The notes: generated by a model not told the origin, from the sequence alone. DNA of 64,000 bases from Thermoplasmata archaeon (GCA_049675585.1 JBAUAJ010000055.1:55025-119024), one strand, 5' to 3'. Shown: positions 28,528 to 38,811, counted from the first letter of the stretch. Numbers and translations are program-made.

Positions 28528-29136
28528 ATGGAGATGGGTCTGCGCAAGGTCACGGCGTGCGCAGCAGCTCTGGCGATTTTTGCCGCCGCCCTATCTATGG
28601 CCTCCCCCGCCAGCGCTGGGGTGCCACAGTTCAATCTAGAGTTCGGTACGCTGGAGGGATTCTCGGCGACTTCCCGGATTGCCCAAACCGCCACCCTGAC
28701 CGCCAACAGCACCCAGTTCGCCGAGGGCGCCTCGGCGCACCTTGATCTTACAATCACCGGAGTTTCTTGTGCGAGTAGTGGAGCTCACGCGAACGAAACC
28801 ATCCGTCAAATCCTGGTAAACTTCGGTGACGGTTACAATCTCAGCAGCGGTCCGGTCCGAGAACCGTCTTGTGAAGGAGGCCCCGGGACGGTCAATTTCG
28901 TTGTGGAACACCCGTACTACCGCCTCGGCGAGGCGACCGCCGTAGCCATCGTAAACTGGACCGATGGACATCTTACGACCTCGAACTTCCTGAACCTAAC
29001 GATCCAGCCTGCAGGTTCCTCGCTCGTTCAGCTGGAGTACTGGTTTATCGGGACCGCCGTCGCGGGAATCGCCATCGCGAGCATCGCGCTATGGGCTCTC
29101 CGGTCGGCGCCGACGCGCCCTCCCTTGGATGTGTAG
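28528..29136 (+). CDS. cell-surface protein with Sec signal peptide and C-terminal TM anchor (LEY-TM-R tail)
   Basis: MEMGLRKVTACAAALAIFAAALSMASPASA signal. C-terminus ...LVQLEYWFIGTAVAGIAIASIALWALRSAP. Confidence 0.45.
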   Translation: MEMGLRKVTACAAALAIFAAALSMASPASAGVPQFNLEFGTLEGFSATSRIAQTATLTANSTQFAEGASAHLDLTITGVSCASSGAHANETIRQILVNFGDGYNLSSGPVREPSCEGGPGTVNFVVEHPYYRLGEATAVAIVNWTDGHLTTSNFLNLTIQPAGSSLVQLEYWFIGTAVAGIAIASIALWALRSAPTRPPLDV

Positions 29137-29150
29137 AGGTTGAGGCCGAA

Positions 29151-29888
29151 ATGAAGGAGTATGTCACCTGGATGCGAGGCGGATTGGCGGCTGCTGCCGG
29201 GTTCGCTCTATTCGGCATCGGCCTCGTCACCGGCCTGGTGGGCCAACAGATCGGTTCGTCGGCAGTACTTTCGAATCTTGAACACTCGGGCCTCCCCGTA
29301 GGACCGAGCGCCTTGGGAATGGTTTGGGGCATACTGATTCTCGGGATTGTATTCATGGCGTTGGGGGCCGCCCTCGTCCTTTACTCTCAACCGTATCGGA
29401 AGAGGGAGGACGACGACCTGAGAGATCCGATGCTGTATCCCCCGACACGCCGGCGGCGCTGGTTCGGGGTACTGCTGTCCTCGGCGGTCGTCGTAATCGC
29501 CGCGACCGCGGTGCTGGGGCTCTACAGCCTCCCCGTCTCCCACCCAATGGGGGTGTCCTTCTCGGTCGGAGTCTGCGGCTCCGCCTATGAGGCGCATGGA
29601 GTCTCGTTGCCGGCGTTTTCAGAGGTCTCCCTCCACTGGAAGGCATCGGATGAGTACCCAATTGGACTGGTGTTTCTACCGGGGGCCCCCTCAACTGGCC
29701 GCGTCCTGGCAGGAGGGGGGAACGACACGATCTACGGCGCGTACAACAGTTCCGGCGGAACCGCCTGGTTGCTCGTCGGCCGGGGCGGTCTGCTAAACGT
29801 GACGGCGTGCGATTACCCGGGGTCTCCCGCCCTCGCTTCGGGTCAGTTGGTCGAGATTACAGGAACGTACTATTCGTCGATACTCTGA
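29151..29888 (+). CDS. integral membrane protein (hypothetical)
   Basis: Start at MKEYVTWMRG. Four predicted TM helices and a Gly-rich C-terminal ectodomain. Confidence 0.4.
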   Translation: MKEYVTWMRGGLAAAAGFALFGIGLVTGLVGQQIGSSAVLSNLEHSGLPVGPSALGMVWGILILGIVFMALGAALVLYSQPYRKREDDDLRDPMLYPPTRRRRWFGVLLSSAVVVIAATAVLGLYSLPVSHPMGVSFSVGVCGSAYEAHGVSLPAFSEVSLHWKASDEYPIGLVFLPGAPSTGRVLAGGGNDTIYGAYNSSGGTAWLLVGRGGLLNVTACDYPGSPALASGQLVEITGTYYSSIL

Positions 29889-30055
29889 CCCTACTCCCGC
29901 CACATGCGGCTGGTCTCCCGCGAACTTCCTTACCCCGGAACTGACCGGGACAACTGTCCGTTCGTTGCTCAATCCGAATCAAGGACCGCGGCCCTTCGGC
30001 TCGAACGACGTTCGGTGAAACTTGTTAAGCGAATTCTGGCTCCCCACTCGTCAAG

Positions 30056-30382
30056 GTGATGAACATGTCAAACACGTTTGGCACGGACATTCTGATCCAA
30101 TCTCTCGATCCGAAAAAGGCCGCGCAATTCTACGTTCGAAACCTGGGATTTTCAATCACCGGGAAGCAGCCGAATATGCTAACACTCCACGGAGAAAACA
30201 TCAACCTGTTTATCGAACGTGGGCCGGAGTTGGGCCCGGTTCTCGAGGTAACGGTCAACAGCGTCAGAGATGCCAGGGCTCGGCTCGTGAAGGACGGCTG
30301 CCAGGTGCTGAAGGACGAGCCCGAGGTCCCGAGATGTTATGTTCAGGACCCCAACGGACTAATCTACAATTTGACGGAATGA
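30056..30382 (+). CDS. VOC/glyoxalase-bleomycin resistance family protein
   Basis: 108 aa with the beta-alpha-beta-beta-beta pattern DILIQSLDPKKAAQFYVRNLGFSI. Confidence 0.6.
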   Translation: MMNMSNTFGTDILIQSLDPKKAAQFYVRNLGFSITGKQPNMLTLHGENINLFIERGPELGPVLEVTVNSVRDARARLVKDGCQVLKDEPEVPRCYVQDPNGLIYNLTE

Positions 30383-30446
30383 TTTCCGTCCTCCACAATC
30401 GCGAGCCAGCGAATGAGGGGAATCACTCCGGTTGTGAGGGACGCCC

Positions 30447-30761
30447 TCAGTGAGCCGGGGGTACGACTTTGAGACCAGCCGGACCGAACCAGGTGAATAG
30501 GTCGATCACGAGTCGGCCCTGCTTGATCGCCGGATCTTCCTCCAAGAGCTTACGAGCCTGTTCGATCGAGGCCCTCGAGAAAATCATGAGCCCCCTGTAG
30601 TCACCATCTCCTTCGAACGGGCCCGCCGTGATCAGTTCCCCTGTCTCCGTGAGTCGGCGGAGGTGACCCATGTGACCCTGTTGAAGTTGCTCGGCATCCT
30701 GATCTGAGACCGACGATCGGTGCGGCATCCGTCGGTATAGTCCGAGCACATAGTAGGTCAT
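30447..30761 (-). CDS. YciI-like protein
   Basis: MTYYVLGLYRR...HMGHLRRLTETGELITAGPF...GDYRGLMIF matches the YciI (PF03795) pattern. Start at the internal Met. Confidence 0.6.
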   Translation of the reverse strand: MTYYVLGLYRRMPHRSSVSDQDAEQLQQGHMGHLRRLTETGELITAGPFEGDGDYRGLMIFSRASIEQARKLLEEDPAIKQGRLVIDLFTWFGPAGLKVVPPAH

Positions 30762-30978
30762 TTCGGGCAGTCGATTGTATTCACTGTCAGCGGTTCCTGC
30801 GTGGTCGCCTATCGCCGTCATTGGTCTGGGTCCTCCGGGCCATAACCGATGGAGGGAAAAGGAGGCCTTCGGAACCCTGTTTTGGGCCTAAGGCTCAAAG
30901 GTTTGCTGGTTCGCGAGATTCACTCCGCGACGGCAAGTCCGGCAGGAGGCCGAACGTTGGAAGCAATTCCAGCCACAC

Positions 30979-30996
30979 GCCCAATCAAGATTGAAC
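30979..30996. repeat. degenerate motif instance GCCCAAT-caag-ATTGAAC
   Basis: Just downstream of the vapC (31059) 3' end, between the YciI-like gene and the vapBC module on the minus strand. Confidence 0.3.
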
Positions 30997-31058
30997 CCAG
31001 GGAGGATTCTGGATTGGGCTCGGAGAAAAGTGATGACCTGATTGCCGGCTTGTGATTT

Positions 31059-31466
31059 TCATGTGGGTTGAACCGAGAATCCCGCCTGGACAAAATCCTG
31101 ATCAAAGGCAAATGCGTCGCGCATTCCGAGCGCGCGCATTACGACGAAGCTGGTGCAGTCTGTGAGACTCCAGTTCTTGTCCTCGTGAACGGCCATCAAA
31201 TCAACCGCCTCATGGTGGTGGACAGGTTCGATCCAGAAGACCTGGATTTCACCGCCTCCGCGCACTTCGTTCGCGAACGCTATCGCCGGCCCTACTCCGA
31301 GGCGTCGCCGGGTGATTGTAACCGTCTCGGCAACCACATAATTCGTTGTGACCATCTTTCCAAATTCACCCTCCATGAGTCTTCGCTGGAAGCCGACGGC
31401 TCGAGGGTGGACGCGGTCCTTAGCGTCGGCCAGCGCAAGCCAAGCGCTGGTGTCAACAAAGATCAT
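31059..31466 (-). CDS. vapC: PIN-domain ribonuclease VapC
   Basis: MIFVDTSAWLALAD... and conserved acidic residues. 4-nt ATGA overlap with the upstream antitoxin. Confidence 0.7.
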   Translation of the reverse strand: MIFVDTSAWLALADAKDRVHPRAVGFQRRLMEGEFGKMVTTNYVVAETVTITRRRLGVGPAIAFANEVRGGGEIQVFWIEPVHHHEAVDLMAVHEDKNWSLTDCTSFVVMRALGMRDAFAFDQDFVQAGFSVQPT

Positions 31467-31702
31467 CGTGAGCGCCCGTACAGCTCGTCGTCATGATGCT
31501 CTGCGGTACGGTGGCCCTTCCGCCCGCTCGCGCCGAGCGGGAATAGCTTGAAAATCGCGGCATGGGGATCAACCTTCTCATCAGCGAGATAGGCGTGCAA
31601 GGCACGGCGGACTACCTCCTTCATCGGCTCGCCGGTGGCAGCCGCACGTTGCCGAAGAAGTCGATACTCTGATTCGGGAATCTGAGCCTGCACCAGCGTC
31701 AT
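31463..31702 (-). CDS. vapB: RHH/CopG-type antitoxin (VapB)
   Basis: 79 aa. YRLLRQRAAATGEPMKEVVRRALHAYL is a ribbon-helix-helix. ATG lies 27 nt downstream of an ATTATATAAT TATA box (leaderless). Confidence 0.6.
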   Translation of the reverse strand: MTLVQAQIPESEYRLLRQRAAATGEPMKEVVRRALHAYLADEKVDPHAAIFKLFPLGASGRKGHRTAEHHDDELYGRSR

Positions 31703-31723
31703 TTCACATATGACATTCTACAT

Positions 31724-31734
31724 ATTATATAATA
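31724..31734 (-). promoter_or_regulatory. archaeal TATA box (ATTATATAAT) for leaderless vapB at 31702
   Basis: AT-rich box centred about 27 nt upstream of the start codon in otherwise GC-rich DNA. Confidence 0.55.
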
Positions 31735-31876
31735 CATCAGAGTTCAATCCCCCCTGGAAGGTGAAGCGAGGCGAGGTATCGTCGATCGGCGCGAGGGGGG
31801 ATCTGCAGCCTTACGGCGCCCTGCGGCTGAAACTGTGTGCAACTGAGATTGAACCTTCCGGGCATCCCTTGGGCGA

Positions 31877-33931
31877 TCAGGGCGGCGGGGGGCTGTGACT
31901 CCCCGGCACACCGGGGTCTTTCCGGCGGCTGAGTACGAGAGCGACACAGATCGCAGCTAGCGCTACCACGACCCCGATCAGCGCGTATTCCAGAGGCGAG
32001 AGCTCGGCGGGATGACTCGAGCTCGCCGTGAACGTTACGGGCTCGGGAGCCGGCGCGATCCCGTCCACGGTCACGCGTCCAGTGACATTTCCAAATCCGG
32101 CCGTGGAGGCCGTGAAGCTGTACGTTCCATTTGGCTCTTCGAAGCTGAGGGACGGTCCGCTCGAACTCACGACGTTTCCGCCGATGTCGACCCACCAGAA
32201 TGCGCCGGTGGGAAGGCCACTGACGGCGAATGTCACGGAGTAGGTTACCGCAGTGTAGGCGAGATCTTCCGTCACCGAGCTTCCGGCGACAAGAACGCTT
32301 CCGGTAGGAGGTTGGGTCGATTGTTTCCAACCCGGGATGCTCGAGATCGAGTAGCTGTACGAACCATTCGGTTCGACCGCGGTTACGGAGGAGCTGCTGC
32401 TACTCAAGAGAGTCCCGTTCAGTGTGACCGCCCATTCGGTTCCGCTCGGGAGTCCTAGTTCCTCGAACGACACGATATAGGTTACACGGGCGAAAGCGAG
32501 CGAAGTCTCGATCACGGGGCCGCCGGCGATCGTGACCTCCCCATGGTACGGGAGACTCGCCTGGTGCCAGCCAGGAATGTCCGCTACCGTGTAGTCGTAG
32601 GTCCCGTTTGTTTCGCTGAAATCGAGAGTGTTAGCCGTGGAGTTTTCCTGAACTCCGTTCACCGTCACCGACCAGGAGGTCCCGGCCGGAAGTCCGGATT
32701 CGCTGAACCGAAGACCGTACGCCGTACCGTTTCCGGCCGGGTTGAAAACCCACGCGTCTCCAAAGTATTGGGCATAGACTTGGCCTGAACCTCCGAAGAG
32801 GAGTTGTTCTCCGTTCCGTTGATCGTCTACGACCGGCGCATTCAGTCGAGGGAGCGGCGCCGGTGTGACGCCCGGATAGATCTGGTGCCAGATTCCACCG
32901 GAGTACGACCAGACCTCGTTGCTCCAGGTCGTGCAGCCCGTGGTTAGATTCTCCTCGCTTTCGTAGTAGTAGGTGCGCCCGGTTTCGTTGTCGTACCAGA
33001 GTGACCCTCGGCCCGCGGAGGGAGCGGGGCTGGTGCCTGCCCTCTCCGACCAGTGCCCGTCCGCGAACATCCAGACGGCGCCGTACTCGAGCCCACAACT
33101 GAGTTGGTTCAGGTCGATCCCGCCCGTCAGCAGAACGTAGCCATCCGCCGCGTCGTACACCATCTGGTCGAGACGGTACGCCGCGGGAGGCGGGGCTCCC
33201 GCACTAGCGGTGATATTCGTCCAAACCCCCGCGTGGTAGGTCCAGGTGTCGTTGTAGAACGTATCCGGAACACCCTCTCCCGGGGGAATGTTTCCGCTGC
33301 GACCGCCGAAGAGCAGGACCTCGCCCGCCGCCGCGTCATAGACTAAGCCGAATCCATCTCGGGGGGACGGCGCGTGCGACGCAGAGAGGTTTTTCCATCC
33401 GCTCTGGTTGTAGACCCAGGTGTCATTGAACTCCTGAGTGTTGTTTCGCCCGCCGAACATCAACAGGTAGTGGTCGGCCGCATCCCACACCATGCTCCCA
33501 GAGACCCGCGCGGTCGGTCCTGTTCCCGCAGAAAGCTGCGTCCAGGAGCCTTGGCTGTACTGCCACATGTCCCGATACTCGTAGTTGCCGCCGAAACCGA
33601 AGTAGCCACCCCAAAGTAGAATGGATTGAGACGGTGGGTAGTAGGCCTCGTACTGAAACGCTCGAGGCGAAGGGCCGACACCCGCTGTTCCGGTGACGTT
33701 CGTCCAGGTTCCGTTCACCGTCGCTGGATGCGCTTGGCTAGTGCCGAGCTCCGGCGATCCGACCTGCTGGGCGGGCAGGGGGCCGGGGCGCGCAGGCACG
33801 ATCGCCGAATTCGCTTCGGTGTGAACTTGCAGGAGACCGGGTGAAGTGAGGACGAATAGCAGGATCGCGATGAGCGGGATCGTAGTCCACGAGGACGCGC
33901 CCGAACGACCGCGAGCCGCGCGCGAAATCAT
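31877..33931 (-). CDS. secreted Kelch-repeat beta-propeller protein with three thermopsin-like GLPxGTxW repeats and C-terminal TM anchor
   Basis: Signal MISRAARGRSGASSWTTIPLIAILLFVLTSPG. Multiple Kelch blades (WGGY, LFGG, YxxW). Three repeats Y.V.F.E.GLP.GT.W.V..NG...SS.....F.EPNGTYSY. C-terminus LEYALIGVVVALAAICVALVLSRRKD. Confidence 0.65.
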   Translation of the reverse strand: MISRAARGRSGASSWTTIPLIAILLFVLTSPGLLQVHTEANSAIVPARPGPLPAQQVGSPELGTSQAHPATVNGTWTNVTGTAGVGPSPRAFQYEAYYPPSQSILLWGGYFGFGGNYEYRDMWQYSQGSWTQLSAGTGPTARVSGSMVWDAADHYLLMFGGRNNTQEFNDTWVYNQSGWKNLSASHAPSPRDGFGLVYDAAAGEVLLFGGRSGNIPPGEGVPDTFYNDTWTYHAGVWTNITASAGAPPPAAYRLDQMVYDAADGYVLLTGGIDLNQLSCGLEYGAVWMFADGHWSERAGTSPAPSAGRGSLWYDNETGRTYYYESEENLTTGCTTWSNEVWSYSGGIWHQIYPGVTPAPLPRLNAPVVDDQRNGEQLLFGGSGQVYAQYFGDAWVFNPAGNGTAYGLRFSESGLPAGTSWSVTVNGVQENSTANTLDFSETNGTYDYTVADIPGWHQASLPYHGEVTIAGGPVIETSLAFARVTYIVSFEELGLPSGTEWAVTLNGTLLSSSSSSVTAVEPNGSYSYSISSIPGWKQSTQPPTGSVLVAGSSVTEDLAYTAVTYSVTFAVSGLPTGAFWWVDIGGNVVSSSGPSLSFEEPNGTYSFTASTAGFGNVTGRVTVDGIAPAPEPVTFTASSSHPAELSPLEYALIGVVVALAAICVALVLSRRKDPGVPGSHSPPPP

Positions 33932-34090
33932 TTTCTCCCCCTTCGCCAAAAGCTCAACGCCGAGTGCATTCGCCGTCGGGTGATAAGCGTCGTGCAAAAC
34001 CGTCGTGAGATACGGTGGTCGAGAAGAAAGCGCCGATCCTGCGTTCTTCGAAGTTCCTCTCGCCCCGCTCTTCCGACTTCCTATCTCAGG

Positions 34091-34108
34091 GCTCAATCAG
34101 GATTGAAC
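34091..34108. repeat. island inverted-repeat motif GCTCAAT-cagg-ATTGAAC
   Basis: In the upstream region of the Kelch surface-protein gene. Confidence 0.45.
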
Positions 34109-34214
34109 CCTTTGCGACTTGTACTCCGGTTGTCCGGTCGCCCGAAACGTTGAGCGAGAGCCTCGCAGAACTAGCCTCCACTAAGTCTCGATCAGGATGG
34201 GTCGGAGCAAAGGG

Positions 34215-34529
34215 CTATGGACGGTCTAACGCCGCGAGCAGGAATCCAAGTCCCAACACTATGACCCCGACTCCTCCCAGAATGAACGTCAGCGTGAAGT
34301 CGTTCGAGACCGCCTGGCCGTTGTTCTGACTCGCTGCATTTTCGGCAAGCCCGATCGCGATTACCCCAAACCCGATGAGAGCGATGCCGAGAAATTTTGC
34401 GATGCTCCCCGCCCGTCGCCAACCCGAACTCGCCGGAGGCGAGTTCTCGCGGGAAGGAGTCGATGAGTCCGCGGTAGGGGTGGTCGAGGCGGGTTTGACC
34501 GGATCAGTGGTCTGGACGCTTGCGGTCAA
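34215..34529 (-). CDS. small membrane protein (hypothetical)
   Basis: 104 aa. Thr/Ser-rich N-terminus followed by two TM helices. Confidence 0.3.
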   Translation of the reverse strand: MTASVQTTDPVKPASTTPTADSSTPSRENSPPASSGWRRAGSIAKFLGIALIGFGVIAIGLAENAASQNNGQAVSNDFTLTFILGGVGVIVLGLGFLLAALDRP

Positions 34530-34665
34530 CTTCCCCCTCCGTTGGTGACGGTCGAGAGAGCGGTAAGGAACTTCGAGTGATAAGCCGGGTCATCGACCCG
34601 GATGGTCCCAGTCGGGATTCTCCGGGGACGACCCAAGACAGGATAAGTAGGGATCAAGAGAACGA

Positions 34666-35070
34666 TCATAAGAGGGGCGAAGAAATGGACCCATCGTAGT
34701 GGATCGGAACGGCGCCATCGCTGTTATTTTCGTCCGAGAATACGATTTGGAATCCCCCGCCCAGCGATGTGAACGAGCAGCTCCCATCGGTTCCTCGTTC
34801 CCCACAGAAGGTTCCACCGTCGTAAACGATCAGATTCACCGATGCAGAGCTGCTCACCACGTTCCAGGAAAACTGGACGGGTGCGCCTTTCCCCGCCTCG
34901 AGATAGATGTAAACGGAATAGGCCGGCCCGCAGAAGGTGCAGCCGGCCGTCGACGTGGTCCCGGCGAATGGGCTGGCAATCGGAATCGTCGCGAAGACAA
35001 GGATGGCCCCCAACCCGATGATGACGCCGATGATGGCGCAGAGCTCCGCATCATGAGCCCGCGTCTTCAT
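34666..35070 (-). CDS. small membrane-anchored/secreted Cys-containing protein (hypothetical)
   Basis: Start MKTRAHDAELCAIIGVIIGLGAILVFATIP. About 110-aa ectodomain. Confidence 0.3.
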   Translation of the reverse strand: MKTRAHDAELCAIIGVIIGLGAILVFATIPIASPFAGTTSTAGCTFCGPAYSVYIYLEAGKGAPVQFSWNVVSSSASVNLIVYDGGTFCGERGTDGSCSFTSLGGGFQIVFSDENNSDGAVPIHYDGSISSPLL

Positions 35071-35213
35071 TCCTACTCCCATCGAGCGAACTCCGATCCG
35101 GGCTCGCAAGGAACCTCGGGAAGGTTACATCGTCTGAGAAGATAACGCCGGACTCGATGAGATTGGTCGACAATCATACTGAAGGCTGGAAAACCGAAAT
35201 GGCAGAACTATGT

Positions 35214-35231
35214 GTCCAACTGACATTGAAC
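35214..35231. repeat. motif instance GTCCAAC-tgac-ATTGAAC
   Basis: About 125 bp upstream of the AbrB-type vapB. Same tgac spacer as the instance at 36060 on the other side of the module. Confidence 0.4.
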
Positions 35232-35305
35232 CCGGAAGGTCCCCACCGCACCTCACCGGGGCCGATTGCGGCGGCGCAAAGTCCCAGATCAGCCGTCATT
35301 CCACT

Positions 35306-35333
35306 TTCTTTACTCAAAGTAAAGGGCATATAG
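35306..35333 (+). promoter_or_regulatory. palindrome CTTTACTCAAAGTAAAG followed by TATA-like CATATAG upstream of AbrB-type vapB
   Basis: TATA-like element is about 25 nt upstream of ATG 35355. The palindrome sits at the BRE-proximal position. Confidence 0.45.
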
Positions 35334-35354
35334 TCGAACCGGTTTCTTCTGATC

Positions 35355-35582
35355 ATGGCCCACTCTGTCACTATCAGCTCGAAGGGCCAGGTGACCCTGC
35401 CCAAAGAACTTCGGGACCGACACCATTTGGCCGAGGGCGAATTGGCCCTTGTCCTGGACTCGCCGGAAGGAATCCTGATTCGCCACGGGCGGTCCACACT
35501 GCGAGGGTTCCTGAAGGGAAAGTTGGACTCAAAGAAACTCGAGAAGGATCTTATTCGACTGAGGGCGGAGTGGAAACTGTGA
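35355..35582 (+). CDS. vapB: AbrB/MazE/SpoVT-type antitoxin (VapB)
   Basis: MAHSVTISSKGQVTLPKELRDRHHL is a swapped-hairpin motif. TATA-like CATATAG lies 25 nt upstream, with a palindrome just beyond it. Confidence 0.65.
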   Translation: MAHSVTISSKGQVTLPKELRDRHHLAEGELALVLDSPEGILIRHGRSTLRGFLKGKLDSKKLEKDLIRLRAEWKL

Positions 35583-35977
35583 CGGACTATGTCGTCGATA
35601 CAATGGCGCTCGCCAAGCACCTCGACGACACCCTGCCACCCAGACCCGCCCGAATCTTCCGGGAGGCCGAGGGAGGTGACGGACACCTGCTACTTCCCGA
35701 GATTGCGCTCGCAGAGTTTGTACATCTCTCGCTAAAGGGGAGGATTCCGGGGGTCCAGTCAGAGACCTCGATTCGTGAGGTCATTCATAATCTCCGAGCC
35801 TCGCCCTACCTGTCAATCTCGGCCATGTCCCCTCGTGCCTGGGAAGCATTTGTCGATCTCCCAATCCCAGAGATGCACAATCGAATGATTGCCGCGGATG
35901 CGCTGGCCCGAAGAATTCCTGTCATCTCGAACGATCCTGTGTTCTCCATGATCGAGCATTTGCGCGTCGTTTGGTAA
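35578..35977 (+). CDS. vapC: PIN-domain ribonuclease VapC
   Basis: (M)TDYVVDTMALAKHL... GTG start forms a GTGA overlap with the vapB stop. Acidic PIN residues present. Confidence 0.6.
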
Positions 35978-36059
35978 CCCCCGGAATCCGCGTACTGGCG
36001 GAAGTCTGGGGGGACTCGGCGACCGTGGTAGGATAAACCGCCGAATCGGCTCTGACTCA

Positions 36060-36077
36060 GTTAAATTGACATTGTAC
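36060..36077. repeat. degenerate motif instance GTTAAAT-tgac-ATTGTAC
   Basis: About 85 bp downstream of vapC (35977). Direct-orientation partner of the 35214 instance. Confidence 0.3.
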
Positions 36078-36221
36078 CCATCGGGGCGAGGGAAGGCGCC
36101 CCGGCGCCGCGCCTTGGATTTACCCCTGGCGAGTATTTGTGCAATCCTGGATAATCGATAATGCACTCCGACAGCTATTCAAGGAACGTGGAATGGGTCG
36201 ACTCGAACCGGGAGGTCCTCC

Positions 36222-36695
36222 ATGGCATCCACCAAATGGCCCGCACCGAAGTATGAAGCTCGAGTGATTTTCGACGCCCCCCTGAAATTCGTCTTCGAGT
36301 GGTGCACCGATTACAGCACCCAGGATGCCAAACTGGAGGGAGGAAAGTACTCCCGACGGATTCTGAGTCGAACTCCTCGCGAAGTAATCTATGAGGACCT
36401 GGAGGACTCGAAAGGCGGCTGGTTCTGGTCTCGCCATGTGGTACGGCTCTCGCCCCCCAAGCGCTGGCACTCCGACTCAATTGGGAGCCACCGTGCGTAC
36501 TCTCTCGACTACCGACTCTCCAAACTTTCCGGGGGCCGCACTCAACTTGTACTGAAAGGACGGCGTCGTCCTTCGGAAATCGGGGGCAAGAATCCCAAAG
36601 CGGCTCCGTGGGCTCGCTCAGTCGAGAAGGACTGGGGCCACTTCCGAAAGGCCCTCGAGCGCGATTTCAAGAAGTCACGACCGGCGAACCGCTGA
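36222..36695 (+). CDS. SRPBCC (START/Bet v1-like, polyketide cyclase-like) domain protein
   Basis: 157 aa. Beta-grip-like pattern ARVIFDAPLKFVFEWCTDYS... Confidence 0.5.
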   Translation: MASTKWPAPKYEARVIFDAPLKFVFEWCTDYSTQDAKLEGGKYSRRILSRTPREVIYEDLEDSKGGWFWSRHVVRLSPPKRWHSDSIGSHRAYSLDYRLSKLSGGRTQLVLKGRRRPSEIGGKNPKAAPWARSVEKDWGHFRKALERDFKKSRPANR

Positions 36696-36858
36696 CCTCG
36701 GCGGCGTCGGGAAGACGCCCCCACCGGTGCTCGTCCCGCGGTGAGCCGGCTCAAAGAGGGGGCGTCCGCTGAGGGGCACTCCCTGCCAGAGCCCAACTCT
36801 GTCCCGCGAGGAACCACAGCTCTTTGACCCTCCCCGGACTCCCAGCCTCCGACCCTCC

Positions 36859-37842
36859 ATGGACCAAGCCTACTCGATTCGTCCCGCCGTGGACGCCGAT
36901 TTCGAAGCCGAGGCGCGGATCCATCGCGAATTCGACGCCGCGCACGCGCCGACGGTGCCGGAGCTCCGCCACTGGGATGAGATATTGAGACTAGACCCCT
37001 CGCACGCAAACCTCCGGTTCGCGGTAGAGCAGCGCGCGACGGGCCTAGTCGTCGCCTACGGATCGTTGGCGCAGCCTTCGTTCAACTTCGACCCCGACCG
37101 GTATTGGATTTGGGTGGCCGTCGCACCCGGCCACCGGAGAAGGGGAATCGGTGCCGGGTTGTATGCCCAGATTGAGGCCGAAGCGCGATCGAGGCACGCC
37201 CTGGGGCTCTGGGCCGCGACGTGCGAGAGCTACCCCGACGGGGTCCGATTCCTCGATCGGCGAGGATTCACGGTCCGGCGGAAGATCTGGGAGTCACGCA
37301 TTGACCTAATGGAGCTCGACCTGTCGAACGTGCGTGATGGTTCCTCGTCGCCGCGTCTCGAAGGGCTTCGTCTTACTACCTTGGCGGAGGAGGGAGCGGA
37401 CTCCCCCGAAATCCGACGGAGCGTCTATGATCTTACCCGGGCATCCGGCGCCGATATTCCCCGCCTCGGGAACTTCCACCCATTCTCGTTCGAAGAATTC
37501 GTGGCGATCGATATCGAATCGCCCGGAGCGGTCCCCGAGGGATTCTTCCTCGCATGCAAGGGGAAGCAGGTGGTCGGGATGAGCAGCCTAGAGAAAGACC
37601 TCGCCCGCCTCGATACCGTGAAAGTAGGCTACACCGGGACGCTCCCCGAGTTCCGAGGGCGCGGGATCGCTACGGAGCTCAAACGGAGGGCGACCATGTA
37701 CGCAGCCTCCCGTGGCTACCGATACCTGGTGACGGGTAACGATTCGTCAAACGAACGGATAATTACGATCAATCGAAGATTTGGATTCCGTCCTGACGTG
37801 GTCTGGTTACAAGGCGAAAAGGTTCTCCAGCACCAGAAGTAG
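36859..37842 (+). CDS. tandem GNAT N-acetyltransferase
   Basis: Two acetyl-CoA motifs: VAPGHRRRGIGAGLY and TLPEFRGRGIATEL. Confidence 0.7.
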   Translation: MDQAYSIRPAVDADFEAEARIHREFDAAHAPTVPELRHWDEILRLDPSHANLRFAVEQRATGLVVAYGSLAQPSFNFDPDRYWIWVAVAPGHRRRGIGAGLYAQIEAEARSRHALGLWAATCESYPDGVRFLDRRGFTVRRKIWESRIDLMELDLSNVRDGSSSPRLEGLRLTTLAEEGADSPEIRRSVYDLTRASGADIPRLGNFHPFSFEEFVAIDIESPGAVPEGFFLACKGKQVVGMSSLEKDLARLDTVKVGYTGTLPEFRGRGIATELKRRATMYAASRGYRYLVTGNDSSNERIITINRRFGFRPDVVWLQGEKVLQHQK

Positions 37843-37929
37843 ACTGACCGGACGCGTCATCGATTTGGTCGACCCCGCGAGAGCCGGGCATTACCCCGGG
37901 TCGATTTTGGCCGGATGGGTCGAACGGGG

Positions 37930-38547
37930 TTAGGTCAGCTCTATCACCGCCGGGCCTGTCTCGCCGGGGTCGGCAATGTTAATCCAGAGGGTGTCCCCGG
38001 AGAGCGGGTCCGACGTAAGTCCTGTGTCGAGGACTATGGTGACCTGCGGCGAAACCGGCCAATTGGAGTGACCGGTCCAAGTGGCGTTAATCCACGTCGC
38101 ATTGGCTATGACTACTCCATTTGAGTTTAGAAAGTGGACTGAGGCATCTTTAGGCAGGGTGACGGGACTCCCGTACCCAGAGACACCCTCGGTTGCCCTG
38201 ACGCTCAAATAGAGATCGGAGACGACCAAGAAACTGGGTGTCCAGGATCCCGACACTGAGAGTTGGAACCTGTAGCATAGTTCCCCGAACTCCGCCCGGC
38301 ACCCGGCCGAGCCGCCGTCCGGACGTGCCAGGTCTGATATCTTGAGTTCGATACCGGATCCTGTCCCCGTTCCGGTGAAGCCAGAAGTAATGGTGTATAC
38401 GACAAATCCGGCAAATACGAGTACAAGGAATAATCCAATGGCCGATACGATCGTCAGAGTTGCCCAGAAATCGAGATCTTTCACTCGCACCCAAAACGTG
38501 AGCTTTGTGAGGGGAGTGGAGGGGCGGGACATGAGTGTACTTCTCAA
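37930..38547 (-). CDS. membrane-anchored extracellular protein (hypothetical)
   Basis: N-terminal TM (ATLTIVSAIGLFLVLVFAGFVVY) followed by a Gly/Thr-rich ectodomain. Confidence 0.4.
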   Translation of the reverse strand: MRSTLMSRPSTPLTKLTFWVRVKDLDFWATLTIVSAIGLFLVLVFAGFVVYTITSGFTGTGTGSGIELKISDLARPDGGSAGCRAEFGELCYRFQLSVSGSWTPSFLVVSDLYLSVRATEGVSGYGSPVTLPKDASVHFLNSNGVVIANATWINATWTGHSNWPVSPQVTIVLDTGLTSDPLSGDTLWINIADPGETGPAVIELT

Positions 38548-38811
38548 TACTCGAATTGGGGTTCTTTAACCTAGGCACCAATCTCGCCGCAACATCAGTC
38601 CCGATGCACCGATAGTCGCGCGACGGTTAGCCGGCTAGATGCCCGTATCTCGGGTCGTGGACATCGCCGCCAATCTCGAATTGTAGCCCCCCCCTCCGAC
38701 CTCGGAGAACGGTCGGCTGATAGGAGGTAGGTCCGATTTCGGACGTGGGCGCAATGGGTATTGCACCCCGGCCTCCGGAGCCCCGCCACTGGCTCCCGTG
38801 GGGGGCCCTGC

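Noticed and set aside
31710-31898. 62-aa plus-strand ORF in the AT-rich patch
   Set aside because: It lies over the vapB TATA box / divergent promoter region, has odd composition, and has no start context. Considered non-coding.
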